Assembly: GCF_018350175.1 (NCBI RefSeq)
Contig: NC_058368.1
Location: forward strand, 151,964,001-152,028,000
DNA length: 64,000 bases
Reading direction: 5' to 3'
Origin: Felis catus
Lineage: Eukaryota
This document shows positions 39,203 through 50,734 of this stretch, piece by piece. Position numbers and translations under genes: made by a program. The notes under the pieces are model-generated. The model was not told the origin of the DNA. It was given only the letters and a program-made list of their open reading frames with translations, and did not search any database. The first letter of the stretch is position 1; every line of letters starts with the position of its first letter.

Positions 39203-39399
39203 TATTGGTAACCTTGTTAACTCTGCTTGTCATTGCTCATGCTGCCAGGAGTCCCCACGCCCCCCAAAACATCACCTGGCAGACCATAGACACCAGCTCG
39301 GGGACAATACTTAATCAGACCTCCCAGAGCCACCCCAGGGACACTTGGTTCCCAGAACTTTGCGTAAACCTCCAAACTCTGTTCCCCTTGTCACCATAA
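39136..39399 (+). pseudogene. env: env remnant: open 87-aa ORF with signal peptide and SU N-terminus; rest of SU and TM deleted
   Basis: ATG overlapping the pol end; hydrophobic LILVTLLTLLVIAHA; SPHAPQNITW (SPHQ-type motif) and TWFPEL; PPT follows about 35 nt after the stop. Confidence 0.88.
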
Positions 39400-39434
39400 A
39401 TGCAGCTGGTCCCATGATTGGGTCCATAAGCTAC

Positions 39435-39447
39435 ATGACAAGGGGGG
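39435..39447 (+). promoter_or_regulatory. Polypurine tract
   Basis: ATGACAAGGGGGG then AA immediately before the 3' LTR. Confidence 0.9.
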
Positions 39448-39449
39448 AA

Positions 39450-39789
39450 TAAAATGGTGGGCCTACGCTGGCCGACTCCATCTTGTTCTGTGTCCTTCAC
39501 CTTGACCACGCCTCCTCCCCTTGAGTAACCTCCCGCTCACCTGCTTAACAGGACTCCGACCCTTCCCCGGCCAATCGGCTGAGGCCACAGCCATTACCTC
39601 ACCAACTGCCCCTAGGCCCCAATAAAACCTTTGTCCTTTTGAAACTCGCTCTCTCTCCCCGGTATCTCACCCCTGCGTTGGTGCAGGTAGGGGATTGACC
39701 TCGAGCTAGCTCGAATAAAGGCTCTTTTGCTTTTATATCGGACTCGGCTCCCTGGTGGTATTTGGGGATCACGAATTCTGGGCATAACA
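39450..39789 (+). repeat. 3' LTR (340 bp)
   Basis: Ungapped match to the 5' LTR with 12 substitutions; starts TAAAATG (TG to TA), ends TAACA; AATAAA 39714-39719. Confidence 0.97.
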
Positions 39790-40419
39790 GTTATTATCGG
39801 TAAAATAACACTCAAATTTATTTTCTAAAAAAAAAAGTTTACTACATCAAATAAGTATGGTATATAGTGTCCATATGAGACACGTGTTTGCTGTGCAAAA
39901 GGGTGGACTTTGCCTTACATCCCATGACTTCACTGTGAAAGAAGTCTCCCTGGGTGCCTAATACATACTGAGAACAGCAAAAGGTATTAAGAGATCCTGT
40001 AACCAAATAGCACAGAAATCAACTTATCCTGTACATTCCAAATGTTCTACAATTAATATCTTTATGTATAATCATAAGGAAAATAAAGCACATATTCATT
40101 GAAAAAAACTACTATACTTAAGGTCAAATATTGCCATTTGGAATGATGTTTAAATGTATTAAATAATTCACTAAATACCTGCCTAGAAAATACAACACAT
40201 GCAGAACTTTAATTTGAAATGAACACAGATCTAGTTTTCATCTGATCCTATGTATATAAGTAATAATTAAATGCTATTCTATGCTTAGTTTTAACAGCAT
40301 TTATTCTCAAATTACATAATAAAATAAATTGGAATAATTCAATAATTGCATGAAGTAGGATTCCACGCAGTACCCTCACCCTCATCCCTGTCCATGGTTT
40401 GTAACACTGCTACTTCACT

Positions 40420-40830
40420 TTGACCTGTGTTGTGAATGAGAACGTAACACAGAAATTCTCCCCATGGCACTGAAGAAGCAAACTGCCACGTTGTAGAGAC
40501 AAATACAGAGGATGGCAAGCAGTGTCTAGGAAAGTGAGACTGTCACACCCCACTTACCAGCTTACAGCCAGCAAGAAATCAGTGACCTGCCTCCTACAGC
40601 CAGATTGAACTAAATTCTGCCAACAACCAGCCACCTCAGACAAAGACCACAAGTCTTAAATGCATTCATAGCTTTTGCCAATACCTTCATTCATCCTGCT
40701 GAGCAGAGAACCCAGCTATACCATGCTCAGACTTCCAACCTGCAGACTTGTGAGGTAACATACCTGTGTTGTTGAAGCCTCTAAATTTGCAGTAATCTGT
40801 CATAACAAGCAACAATAGAAGACTAGTACA
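40420..40830 (+). mobile_element. MaLR (MLT1-type) LTR
   Basis: ACAGCCAGCAAGAAA, AATTCTGCCAACAACC, TGTTGAAGCCTCTAAATTTG...ACTAGTACA. Confidence 0.8.
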
Positions 40831-41109
40831 GTAGTGAAGCCTACGTCGCAGATACAGAATAGATAATATAGAGGCTTTTATCACCAAATGATAAGTTGAA
40901 AAAACAATGTAAAACAAAAACATAAAATACAAGCATGTATTTAAAAAGACTGGGCTTTTATGCAAGAAAGAAAAATGCAATTTTGTCCTCTTTTTCATCA
41001 ATGGTACAGCAAGTGCTGACGAGACTAATAATGCCTATTATGTGTAACATCAGAGAAAAAAATAGAGTATACAAAAGTCCTATAATTCCTTCAATATTGT
41101 CATTAGTAA

Positions 41110-41590
41110 TCACCAGCAGTTACTGAATACCTACAGAAAGCCAATACTTGTGCACATACTATTTTACTTACTCTTCCCATTATCTCTGCAATGTAGGTTT
41201 TTTCCTCCATTTTGCAGATTAGAAAGCTGAGGCTTAGGGAGTTTAGTGACCTACTTGAAGACATGCAGGTTATTAAAAATAGTCAATATTCAAACCAATC
41301 TGTCAGTCTCCAAATCCACTGATCTATTGACTACACTACGCTGCCTATGTGAACCAAAATCCAGTTTTGGAAGCACCAATGACTTACGTATGTATAGCAC
41401 CTTCACAAAACACCTCTCATTGTGATTTCAAGAGAATCCTGTGAGGTATTCAGGGTAGGTGTTGTTAAGTTTACCTATTTTACAGATAAGAAGACTGACG
41501 TTTGGAGAGTTATACCTAACTTGTCACTGGCTGGACAGGATGCTGAGTGACAATGTTAGGTCTCAGTCTCGTATCTTCTCAAATATAGAG
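41110..41590 (-). mobile_element. Two MIR fragments
   Basis: CCATTTTGCAGATTAGAAAGCTGAGGCTTAGG and ATTTTACAGATAAGAAGACTGA cores. Confidence 0.75.
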
Positions 41591-42794
41591 TTTGTATCCC
41601 CCAAAGTGAGACAGGTGCATGGAGGAGGGCTGACGGGGAAGAAGGTTGCAGAAGTGAAGAGACCATTCATGTCCACCCCACCTACTTCTCAGTTCTCAAA
41701 GGATCAGCACAGAGGAGGCTAGTCTACAAGGCTAGCACACTGAAAACACTTCCGTGCCTAAATATCAGAAAACATAAAAGTTCGACTGTACCTTTGAAGA
41801 CAAGAGGCTACAAGGTCTGGTGCTTTGGAATCCACCATAGTTGCATGTAAAATAAGCACATTAGATCATTTTCATTTGTGATGAATAATGTACTTTCATT
41901 TGATAAGAACGGTCTTGGAAAAAATTTCCCAGAGCTATGCTATGATTTTAACAGTTAAATCTCTTTTTTTATGTGGACTCAATTTTTCTTCATCTGTTCA
42001 TCTGACAGCATTTGTGGAAATATAAAGAGAGAACTTCAAAACGAGTAACAATGCAGTCTTCTCCAATGCACTGATTAACACTGACTAATGGTACTGATAA
42101 GAAGAGAGTGTTCAATCATATATTATTTTTGCCAGCGAGTTACAGTTAATAATATCACAAGTAGTGTGATGTTATTATGGAAGTAAATCCTATTTCTAGT
42201 AAGTGGTAAAGCATAGTCAAATGCACTGTCAACAATGTTGTCAATTAATTGTCAATTACTAGTGCCAAGGTAAAGGCGAGCTGTTTGTTTTCTGAGCAAA
42301 CTGTTCATTGAGAAGATTGTTTTAATTATAAATCTCTCACGTCCTTCCACATTAAGTGTCTTACTAGAGGTTGAACAGTCATTAATGTCTTACATCGTCG
42401 AGACTTTGCAGCAATTGTTTAACAGCTATTTTGCAATTATAAGCAGCACACTAGTTAAACAAAATTAGAGTCCACAATTATTTTTGTAATGAATTGGAAA
42501 TATAAAAATACATGTAACTCTCTGGAAGTCAAAGCATACTTAATTCTTGTTAGCTTCCCATGGAGCGAAGGGTTAATTTATTAAGGAATGCAGTATGATT
42601 ACAGTAATTACTGTCTATTGGTTCTTGGTAAGTGAGACTTTCATGAGTTTTAAATCCAGCATGGGTAGGACATTTATGTGATTCTCTTAAAACTCCAGAG
42701 GGTTTATTTTCATCTCTTAGGTGCTAAAACAGTATGGATACACTTACCTTTAACTAATGGACTTTTTGCAAGATTAAGGACATTGAGTTTATCA

Positions 42795-43006
42795 TTTTTT
42801 AAAACGTTATTTATTATTAAGAGACAGAAAGAGAGAGAACATGAGCATGGGAGGGGCAGAGAGAGGAGGAGACACAGAATCCGAAGCAGGCTCCAGGCTC
42901 TGAGCTGTCAGCACAGAGCCCGACGCGGGGCTGGAACTCACAAACCAGGAGTTCCTGACCTGAGCAGAAGTCGGACACTTAACCGACTGAGCCACCCAGA
43001 CGCCCC
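42795..43006 (-). mobile_element. CAN-SINE
   Basis: TSD AGGACATTGAG. Confidence 0.94.
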
Positions 43007-45789
43007 TAGGACATTGAGATTATCATTAAGAAACAATAAATATATTTCAGATTCAGAATATTTATGGTGAGAAAGGACTTTTTTTCTTGTTTTTTTTTCC
43101 TTTCTATAATTATATAATTATTTTAGGCTTACATACAATAAAGTGAAATCATAATTTTTCAAAACCCACTATGATTACTGTGCTTATTTCAAAGCATGCA
43201 GTACTTAATCAGTTCCAAGACTGAAAACATAATTGGTGCTCTCTTGATAACACAAGAACAAAAGTGAATTTTTTTAATCTCAGATTTTTTCACACTGACT
43301 CCTTACCAAGTGCTGCAGAACACACAAAACGTAAGCAACCTAGGCCTAAAATGGAAACTGTTATTTTAATTCCAGCTTCAATTTGGGAGTATGCTCTCAC
43401 CTCAAACATTTCTTTCTGTTGAAGCTGACTTTGTCTACCTTATCTAAATTATCCTCCCCAGTTGTTCTCGGTCACATCAACCCAGGCTACCACCTTATAG
43501 TAGATAAAATTTGCAATCACCATTAGGGGAAAAAAAGAAAGTACGTGTTTATTATTTTGCCCTTTGTAGAATATAAGCAACAGAAGTCTGTCATGTTAAC
43601 ATCTGTACTTCAAGTATCCCATACCAGCTTGGTGTATAGTACATTTTAACAAATAGATGTTAAACGGGTAAGTTAATAAATTAGTGAGTAAGGGTTTGTG
43701 GCCCAGCTTTTGCAACCTGCCATTGTTCTCAAAGTAGCAACAGTTGAGTCTCTAATGAATACTCTGTGAAGATAAGGATCAGCTTTTGCCATGAGGCACG
43801 TCTGAGAACACCTGGGCAATAAGGGCAGTGTGCATCAGTCATTAAACACACAGCAGAGCTTGGCTCTTAAATACTGCAGCGTCACATCACAAAGCTTCTT
43901 ACTGGTTGAAGCAGAAGTACATGTCATCACAGCATCTAAAATAGCAACCAGGGTTGCAAGCCAAAGGGACGTCTTTACATGCTCAGAATATAAAAGAACT
44001 GCTAATCGCGAATCTCTCTACTCTGTTTTATCCTTGTACAGAAAAGAAAGTATAAAGGTTAACAATAAGCCTGACTCATCTTGAGGAAACGCTCAAGGAA
44101 GAGCTGAAGGACTAATTAAAGTGAATTTAATATCATTTGATTCTCTATCCATGTGAACCAACTTTCCTATAATATTTCCATAGCCTAGGTGATAGAGAAT
44201 TCATCATCTGAGATGAACAAAACAGGAAAGTGAAGGAAAACACAAGCTTGGAGAGAAGATCTAAGAAAGATTTGCGGAAAGCCAATAGTGCCAAATCATC
44301 AGGAGACATCCAAGAAAGCCATTATCCACGATGATCTCTTTTTGCTTGGATCCTCAACAGCTCCCTCCTTAATTACTTTAGGGTCTATGTCATATTAGGG
44401 ACACTCGTTTGTCTTATTTTTGCCATGATTCTCTTGCCCCCAAAGGCAGTTCCGTGCCTTACCCCTGAAAGCGTGATCATCCTATGTTGCCTTGGGTGGG
44501 GTGCACACCACAAAGTTGCTGAGTTATGTTAAAACTCCTTTGCTATTTGATTTTACAGATAAATATAGAAATTACTGAATACAGAAAAATCATTGATTAT
44601 AATAGCGCAAGCAATCCTTGAGGGCTTTCCCCTCTTGTCCATTTCCATAAGCAGCTAGGAACAACACATGATTAGGACACTTCAGAACTAGGCCTGCCTA
44701 GACTGGATGAGTGGACAAAGAGAACAAAAACTAATCCAAAATTTTATGTCCTATAGCACTTGTATGTTATGCGGCACTTGTAGTATAGAGAAAGCCAAGT
44801 GCTCACCAGTTGTAAGCATTTCACACTTGAAACCATTCTCAAACTATCACGTATGCTGTGTGAATTAGACTTAATGAAATGTACTTGTATGGGCCCATTG
44901 GAAATACTTATGTATTCAGCTAAAGAGTTAAAAGCTTCACAACAGAAATTTATTTGGCAAAGAAGGAATACATATATAATGGATATATATGTAGGTCTAT
45001 TATATACACACATAATTCCTGTGGTACAGGAAAAACAATTAACAATTTTCCACTGCCACTTGCAAAACAGAATGAACTGAAGACAAGGAGAAAAGTGGTG
45101 GTTAAACATATTATGTGAAAGAATTACAAAAGCTAGACTGTAGTTTCCTTCATCAACTAGTCTACAGTAACTCACAGATTACTAACAACTTGTGCAAGTT
45201 TTACATGCTTAGTCCATCTGCTCTTCATTAAAAAAAAAAAAAACTTGTCACCATAGCAACTGCCACATGCCATGGTATTTATGCTGCATCTGATGTACAA
45301 AACATAGTTTGTGTAGGAAGGAGTGTGTGTATGTATATGATGTGGCAGCTGTCGTCTCTGCCATTTTGTTGCTGCTCTAGAATAAAACAAGTACTGGTTA
45401 GGAATACTCATTTTAGTAGTGATACTAGTGCTCATTTAACTAAATCCTCACACACAAAAAATCCTTATCTAATCATCACACTGGTCCGCTGACATGTTTT
45501 ACTGAAAAGGGATTGTTTTGAATGGTTGTTTAAAGAGAAAACCCCATTTTTCGTCCTAAGTTTTTAAAACGGGCTTAACACAGCTTAAGTTCATTTTTTA
45601 AAAACAGCCAGTAACATTTTTTGTGTAAAATTACAATTTATATTAGCCCTACTAGATGATGCCATTTATTCTTAGTTATATACTCTCCAACAAATGTGCA
45701 AAAGATGTCTCAATCCCTTTATCGTCCCATAAATTTGTTTTGGAGTCAAATTACTAAAATTAGACATAAGACAGAGCTTGGAAATCATA

Positions 45790-46250
45790 TTAGATGCTGC
45801 TGACATAATTCTCCACCCTTTTTTCCTCACTGACTTCTACCATAAAGATTGGACACACTAAATATTTGCTTATGTTTTGCAAAAGGTAAATGCTTAGAGT
45901 TCCAGCTTCCTTTGCAACAAGAGATGCACATGTGATAAAATTCCAGCCAGTAAGATCTAATTCCCTGGGGTGTATCTGGGCAAGCAGTGTTCTTGGGGGG
46001 AGGGGAGGGACTGAGACCCTGCTGGCACTACCCCCTCTTCTAACTACAATAGGAGTTTCGATGGCAATTTTGCAGCAAGCACACAGAATGAATGGGTAGC
46101 AGAAGCAGAAATCTATTTTGGCACGGTGGAAATGTTGTGCAAACTTCTCTGTCCCTACTTCCTCTTATTTACAATAATTAATACCATTGCTTAGGCCACT
46201 GTTAAGGATATTTTCTATTATTTACTGATGAATGCATTCTTACCTGGCAC
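45790..46250 (+). mobile_element. Ancient MaLR (MLT1-type) LTR
   Basis: CCAGCTTCCTTTGCA...CATGTGA and TTGCTTAGGCCACTG motifs. Confidence 0.5.
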
Positions 46251-47018
46251 AGAATTTTTTATTCTGCAAAGAATGCTTTGTATAATTTTTTATTGATAAA
46301 ACAGAACCTATTCTATTTTAGAGATTTTGTTTGCTGAAAAACCATATGGGTGAGAAAGACAGGACATACATTATGCCCTTGAGTCTTTCTTTGATAAAAA
46401 GCTAGGGTTTCAATAAAATGGATAAAATCTCAGGTTAAAAAACAGAAAGAACTGACTAAATCTAAACTTCTAACCAAATATCAACATTTTTAAATCAATT
46501 CTGACTAAAGAGGTTTCCTGAGATATTCATTTGGCATTTTAAACTCAAGGTCAATAAAAATTTTTAACATTTCAAGATAGCTCATTGGACGTCTGCAGCC
46601 TCACAAGGATCATTTCTTTTAAGAAACAGACTGATAGTATTTGCTTTTTAATGACTAGTTCAACCAGATCAAAGCTTCAGGCTCAATTTTCAAAATGTAA
46701 CACACATGTTCTGAAAGAAGACTATAGACCATACACGCATTCAGGTGAAGCTTCAATGGCATACAAACCATCTTAGTGGAAAACAGCTTTTGGTTTTTTG
46801 CCTTTGATAAAGCTTAATATGCTGCGTTAAGCAATAAATTATAGTAGTAAGAGTTAAAATAGTCTTAATATGTTTATCAAGTATGAAAAAAAAAAACTTA
46901 ATGAGCTAGCAGTAAGCTGGAAGCATCCAAAACAGGAAACTAAGCACCAACTATAGCTAATTCTCCTTGGAGATTCCTCTCTAATCTAGACTTAACCTCT
47001 GTTCCTCCGACCCTTCTC

Positions 47019-47020
<2 letters not shown>

Positions 47021-47094
<74 letters not shown>
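47021..47094. repeat. (AC)37 microsatellite
   Basis: Uninterrupted AC run. Confidence 0.98.
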
Positions 47095-47095
<1 letters not shown>

Positions 47096-48572
47096 AGAAA
47101 TCCTATGAGCTATAAGGAGATCCAGTTAAATCCAGAAATAATTTCTAATAAGGAAACTCCAAGTGAAAGAGCAACACAGAGAGCAGACAGAAAACAAATG
47201 GTTCACAGCCATAGCATACACATTGTTCATCTTTCATATATTCAAATTTCAAAGTATCTAGTTAATGACAAGATGTGTGGTCACATAGGGATTTCCAAGA
47301 GCCAAGAAATATTGCCCACTTGGAAAATTTGGTTTGTTCCTGGGATAGAATTGAAATAGAAATTGTATATATATAGAAATGAATAAATGTAATATAAATT
47401 TTAGTCTAAATGAGTTTACACATTTAGTTCATTTATCTATACATGAGTTATCTATTTATTCATTCAATAGTTACTGATCTCTCTAGGAAAAATACTTTAA
47501 GCCTTGCTTAGAATTATTTCTTTCCTAAAAAATCTGCCATCCATTTTTTTAAGATATAGTAAATAATTTTGAAAGCTAAGATCTTTAAACTCTGTCACAC
47601 ACTGTAGTGAAAATAGCTTTTTCCTTTTTTGAATCAATAGCTCCAAAAAGACTATAGCTAGTGAAGCATATTACTCTTCCCATTCAATACTTATACAATT
47701 TTATTGTAACCTAAATTTAAATGTTAAGGAATGGTATGAAACAGGACATAATTTGTCAAAGCATTCACCAACTTGTAATAGATTCACTGTTAAAACTTGC
47801 TGAAATGTTCTTTTGGATGTCCAAGCAAGAGCAAGCAGCATGTATACACAGAGTGTAAATACATTAGCCTAGTTTATAAAAAATCTCTATGTACACACAA
47901 CTTACTACAGTATATACTGCCAGATGGAATTTCAGGTGCCTACATCATCATAGCTATTATTAAATTACGCTTTGTGATGATACCTCAGGTAGTCAGGACT
48001 GTTATGCAACAGGGAGTTAGGGAAACATCTTCAGTTTTTAAAGCTATTAAAATTTCTTGCAGGTGTGTTTGAGAGAAGCACAGCACAAATTCACTTGCAC
48101 ACTATGAGGATTAGAGACTATGCAGCCCACCCACAAGGGGCAATTAACACAAACAGTGTGAAGGAAGAAACAACCAGAGTTGCAAACTAAACAGAACTCA
48201 CATTGTACGTGTATCCCCCAATCATACTGCAAAGCACAGATGTTTAATCTACAAAATAAATGATATTGGCAGTTTTGGGCTATGATATAATCCTACAGGG
48301 TCTACCTTTCTAAATACCTACTTTCTACTGATCTTGTTTTCCCCTTGTTCTCAAGATCGTGTTTTCTCTTTTCTCTGTGATGTGAGCCTATTAAAAATAT
48401 AAAGTTTTACTCACCTACTTGTTGCAGCTAGCATAAGCCTCAATGCGCTACATCTGGAGTAGAATTTCCTTTGGCAGTCACTTCAGTTAAAGGCTTACAG
48501 GAGCATATTAATAAAAACCTTTCTAAGGCCCAAATCTAATGTTTATTAGAGGCTAGCTCTTACTTTAGATAC

Positions 48573-49017
48573 TGTTAAGTTTAAAAACAACACTGTCAGT
48601 TACTTTACCAGCAGAAATGGGTTCACGTGTGGAAAATAAAAAATTATAACTCAGGACAAACTACAGCAAAACTACAGACAATTCTGCAGAACAAAGGAGA
48701 GGCACCGGTTCTTTTATAGAGGAAAAGGGGAAGTTGGGAAAACGATTATAAACAAAAAGGCCATTGGAGTAAACTAAGAGCTCTAAGTATAGCGGCTTCT
48801 CATTGGCTGAGTTGTGACTGTCTGTCATTGGCTGAGCTGTTGCCAGGAAAGCAGGAAAGCCCTGTTTTCTCCTGCTGGGATAATAAAGCAGTTTCCCCTG
48901 TAAGGTCCGTCTCTTTTTCTTGGATCCGCAATTAATGATAAGTGGTAGAGCATGAGAATTCCCCATCCTGAACCTCTCAATGTCATTTTAGTGAGGTTCT
49001 CTTTATTAATTTTTACA
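48573..49017 (-). mobile_element. ERV1-type solo LTR (MER34-like)
   Basis: TG...CA ends; on the minus strand repeated CCAAT boxes then CTATAAAA near 48712-48719; no clear TSD. Confidence 0.7.
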
Positions 49018-50328
49018 TTGCAAATTAAAGTTAATCCCAATTAGCCCCAACACCAGTGCTCCAATGAAAAGCTGATTAGTAATGCTCAGTCTATCTGTTT
49101 TTATGAGAAAACTCAAAATCCTTATTCTTTCCTCACATTCTATAATGTCTCACGAGTCATTCCAGAAAAACAGCGTAGGGAATAGCGTTGACTGTCATAC
49201 CACACCTGTCATTTAAGAAAGCTACGTTAATCAATAACACCTGAACAGTTCAATGACTAAGAGAGCAAAGAAATGGAAAAAAGATTAATAGGTCTTCCCC
49301 CAACATTAGACCCCTAAAATCAAAGAGGAGCTACAACCTATGATGATTTGAAAAGACTATTAATGCTTGAGTTAATATATAATTATCAAACCCTTTTATT
49401 TGTTTTTTCCCCCACATACAGCAGCCAGTTTCACTGACAATTTTCCTGCTCTGAGAATTTTTCACCTTTGATTAATGACACAATAAAAATTCCAGCTAGT
49501 TGCAATGAAAAGAAAAAGAGTCACTTGAACCAGTGGTGAGGTACCTTATAGAGCTAGGCTAAAAAAGGTTAATGTCATCATTACTTTGGTCTTTGGAGTA
49601 CACGTATCCCTTGCTCACAGTATGTTAAGCAAGTTGGATAGTGAATTAACCCCTTCCAAACTCTAGGCACATTCAGAACTGTTCATTTGGAAAGAGAACT
49701 AATTAATATTTATAAATACAGCCCATTTTTTTTCTCAAAGGATTTCTAGACATTACAATGACACACAAATAGAATTAATCACATCCAATAGGATAATAGT
49801 AAAGAGAAACAACAACAACAACAAAACAAAACCCAAGCCCTGGGTCTACAAAACAAGTATAAACTAATTACCTAGGGGAAAAAAAAATTAGCTATTCTTT
49901 TTATAATCAGCCTGCCAGGAATGCCTCCTGAAAGTACTCATGCTTCATACAAAGAAAGGGACATTTTTACAGTGCCACAGATTTCATAGAGTTTTTTTTT
50001 TCTAAATCATCCATTGATATTGACCAATTGCACTGCATCATGGTGTTGCTCAGAAAAAAAAAATAATAATAATCTTTACAGCAGTGAAGAAAACTGGCTA
50101 TTCATTTACGAAAGTTCACTGAGTCCCTACTTTGTGACATTCATTATTTTAGGTGCTTAGGATATATAAATACACAAAATGGAACCCCCCAAAAATGCCC
50201 TTGTGAAACATATATTATAGTGGGGGAAGTAAACAATTAAAAAGAAATATAACAAATAGGAAAAACTAGAGTGTTAGAACACACACTTAGAAAGTGTGAG
50301 GGGAGATAATATAAACTAGGTAACGGCA

Positions 50329-50734
50329 GTGGCGAATGGGTGGCTCAGTTGTTTAATCCCTGGACTCTTTTTCTTTTTGATGTTTATTTATTCTTGAGAG
50401 AGAGAAATAGGGGAGGAGCAGAGAGAGAGAGTAACACAGAATCCAAGGCAGGCTCCAGGCTCTGAGCTGTCAGCACAAAGTCCAACTCAGGATTGAAATC
50501 ATGACTTGAGCCGAAGTTGGACACCCAACGGATTGAGCCACCCAGGTGTCCCTAAGCCTTGGATTCTTGACCTCAGGTAATGATTTCACGGTTTGTGAGG
50601 ATGAGCCCTATGTCGGTCTCTACATTAACAGCATAGAACCTGCTTGGAATTCTCTCTCTTCCTCTCGCTCTACCCCTCTTCCACTGGTGCTGTCTCTCAA
50701 AATAAACTTAAAAGAATTTTTTTTTAAATAAAAG
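50329..50734 (+). mobile_element. CAN-SINE interrupted by a second, opposite-strand CAN-SINE (50370-50552)
   Basis: Outer TSD AACTAGGTAA(C/G)GGCA; inner TSD TAATCCCTGGACTCTT / TAAGCCTTGGATTCTT. Confidence 0.9.

Larger units (their letters stand above)
33654..39789 (+). mobile_element. Defective gammaretrovirus-like endogenous provirus (ERV1/class I), LTR-leader-gag-pol-truncated env-LTR
   Basis: Two 340-bp direct repeats, tRNA-Pro PBS, PPT, and MLV-like Gag/PR/RT/RNaseH/IN/SU motifs in the canonical order. Confidence 0.98.

Noticed and set aside
33654..39789. Naming the provirus enFeLV, RD-114/ERV-DC or a specific FcERV-gamma group
   Set aside because: The 340-bp LTR is shorter than I recall for enFeLV or ERV-DC, and a specific family cannot be assigned without a database search.
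44744..45175. 143-aa minus-strand ORF
   Set aside because: Non-ATG start and composition typical of chance AT-rich ORFs.
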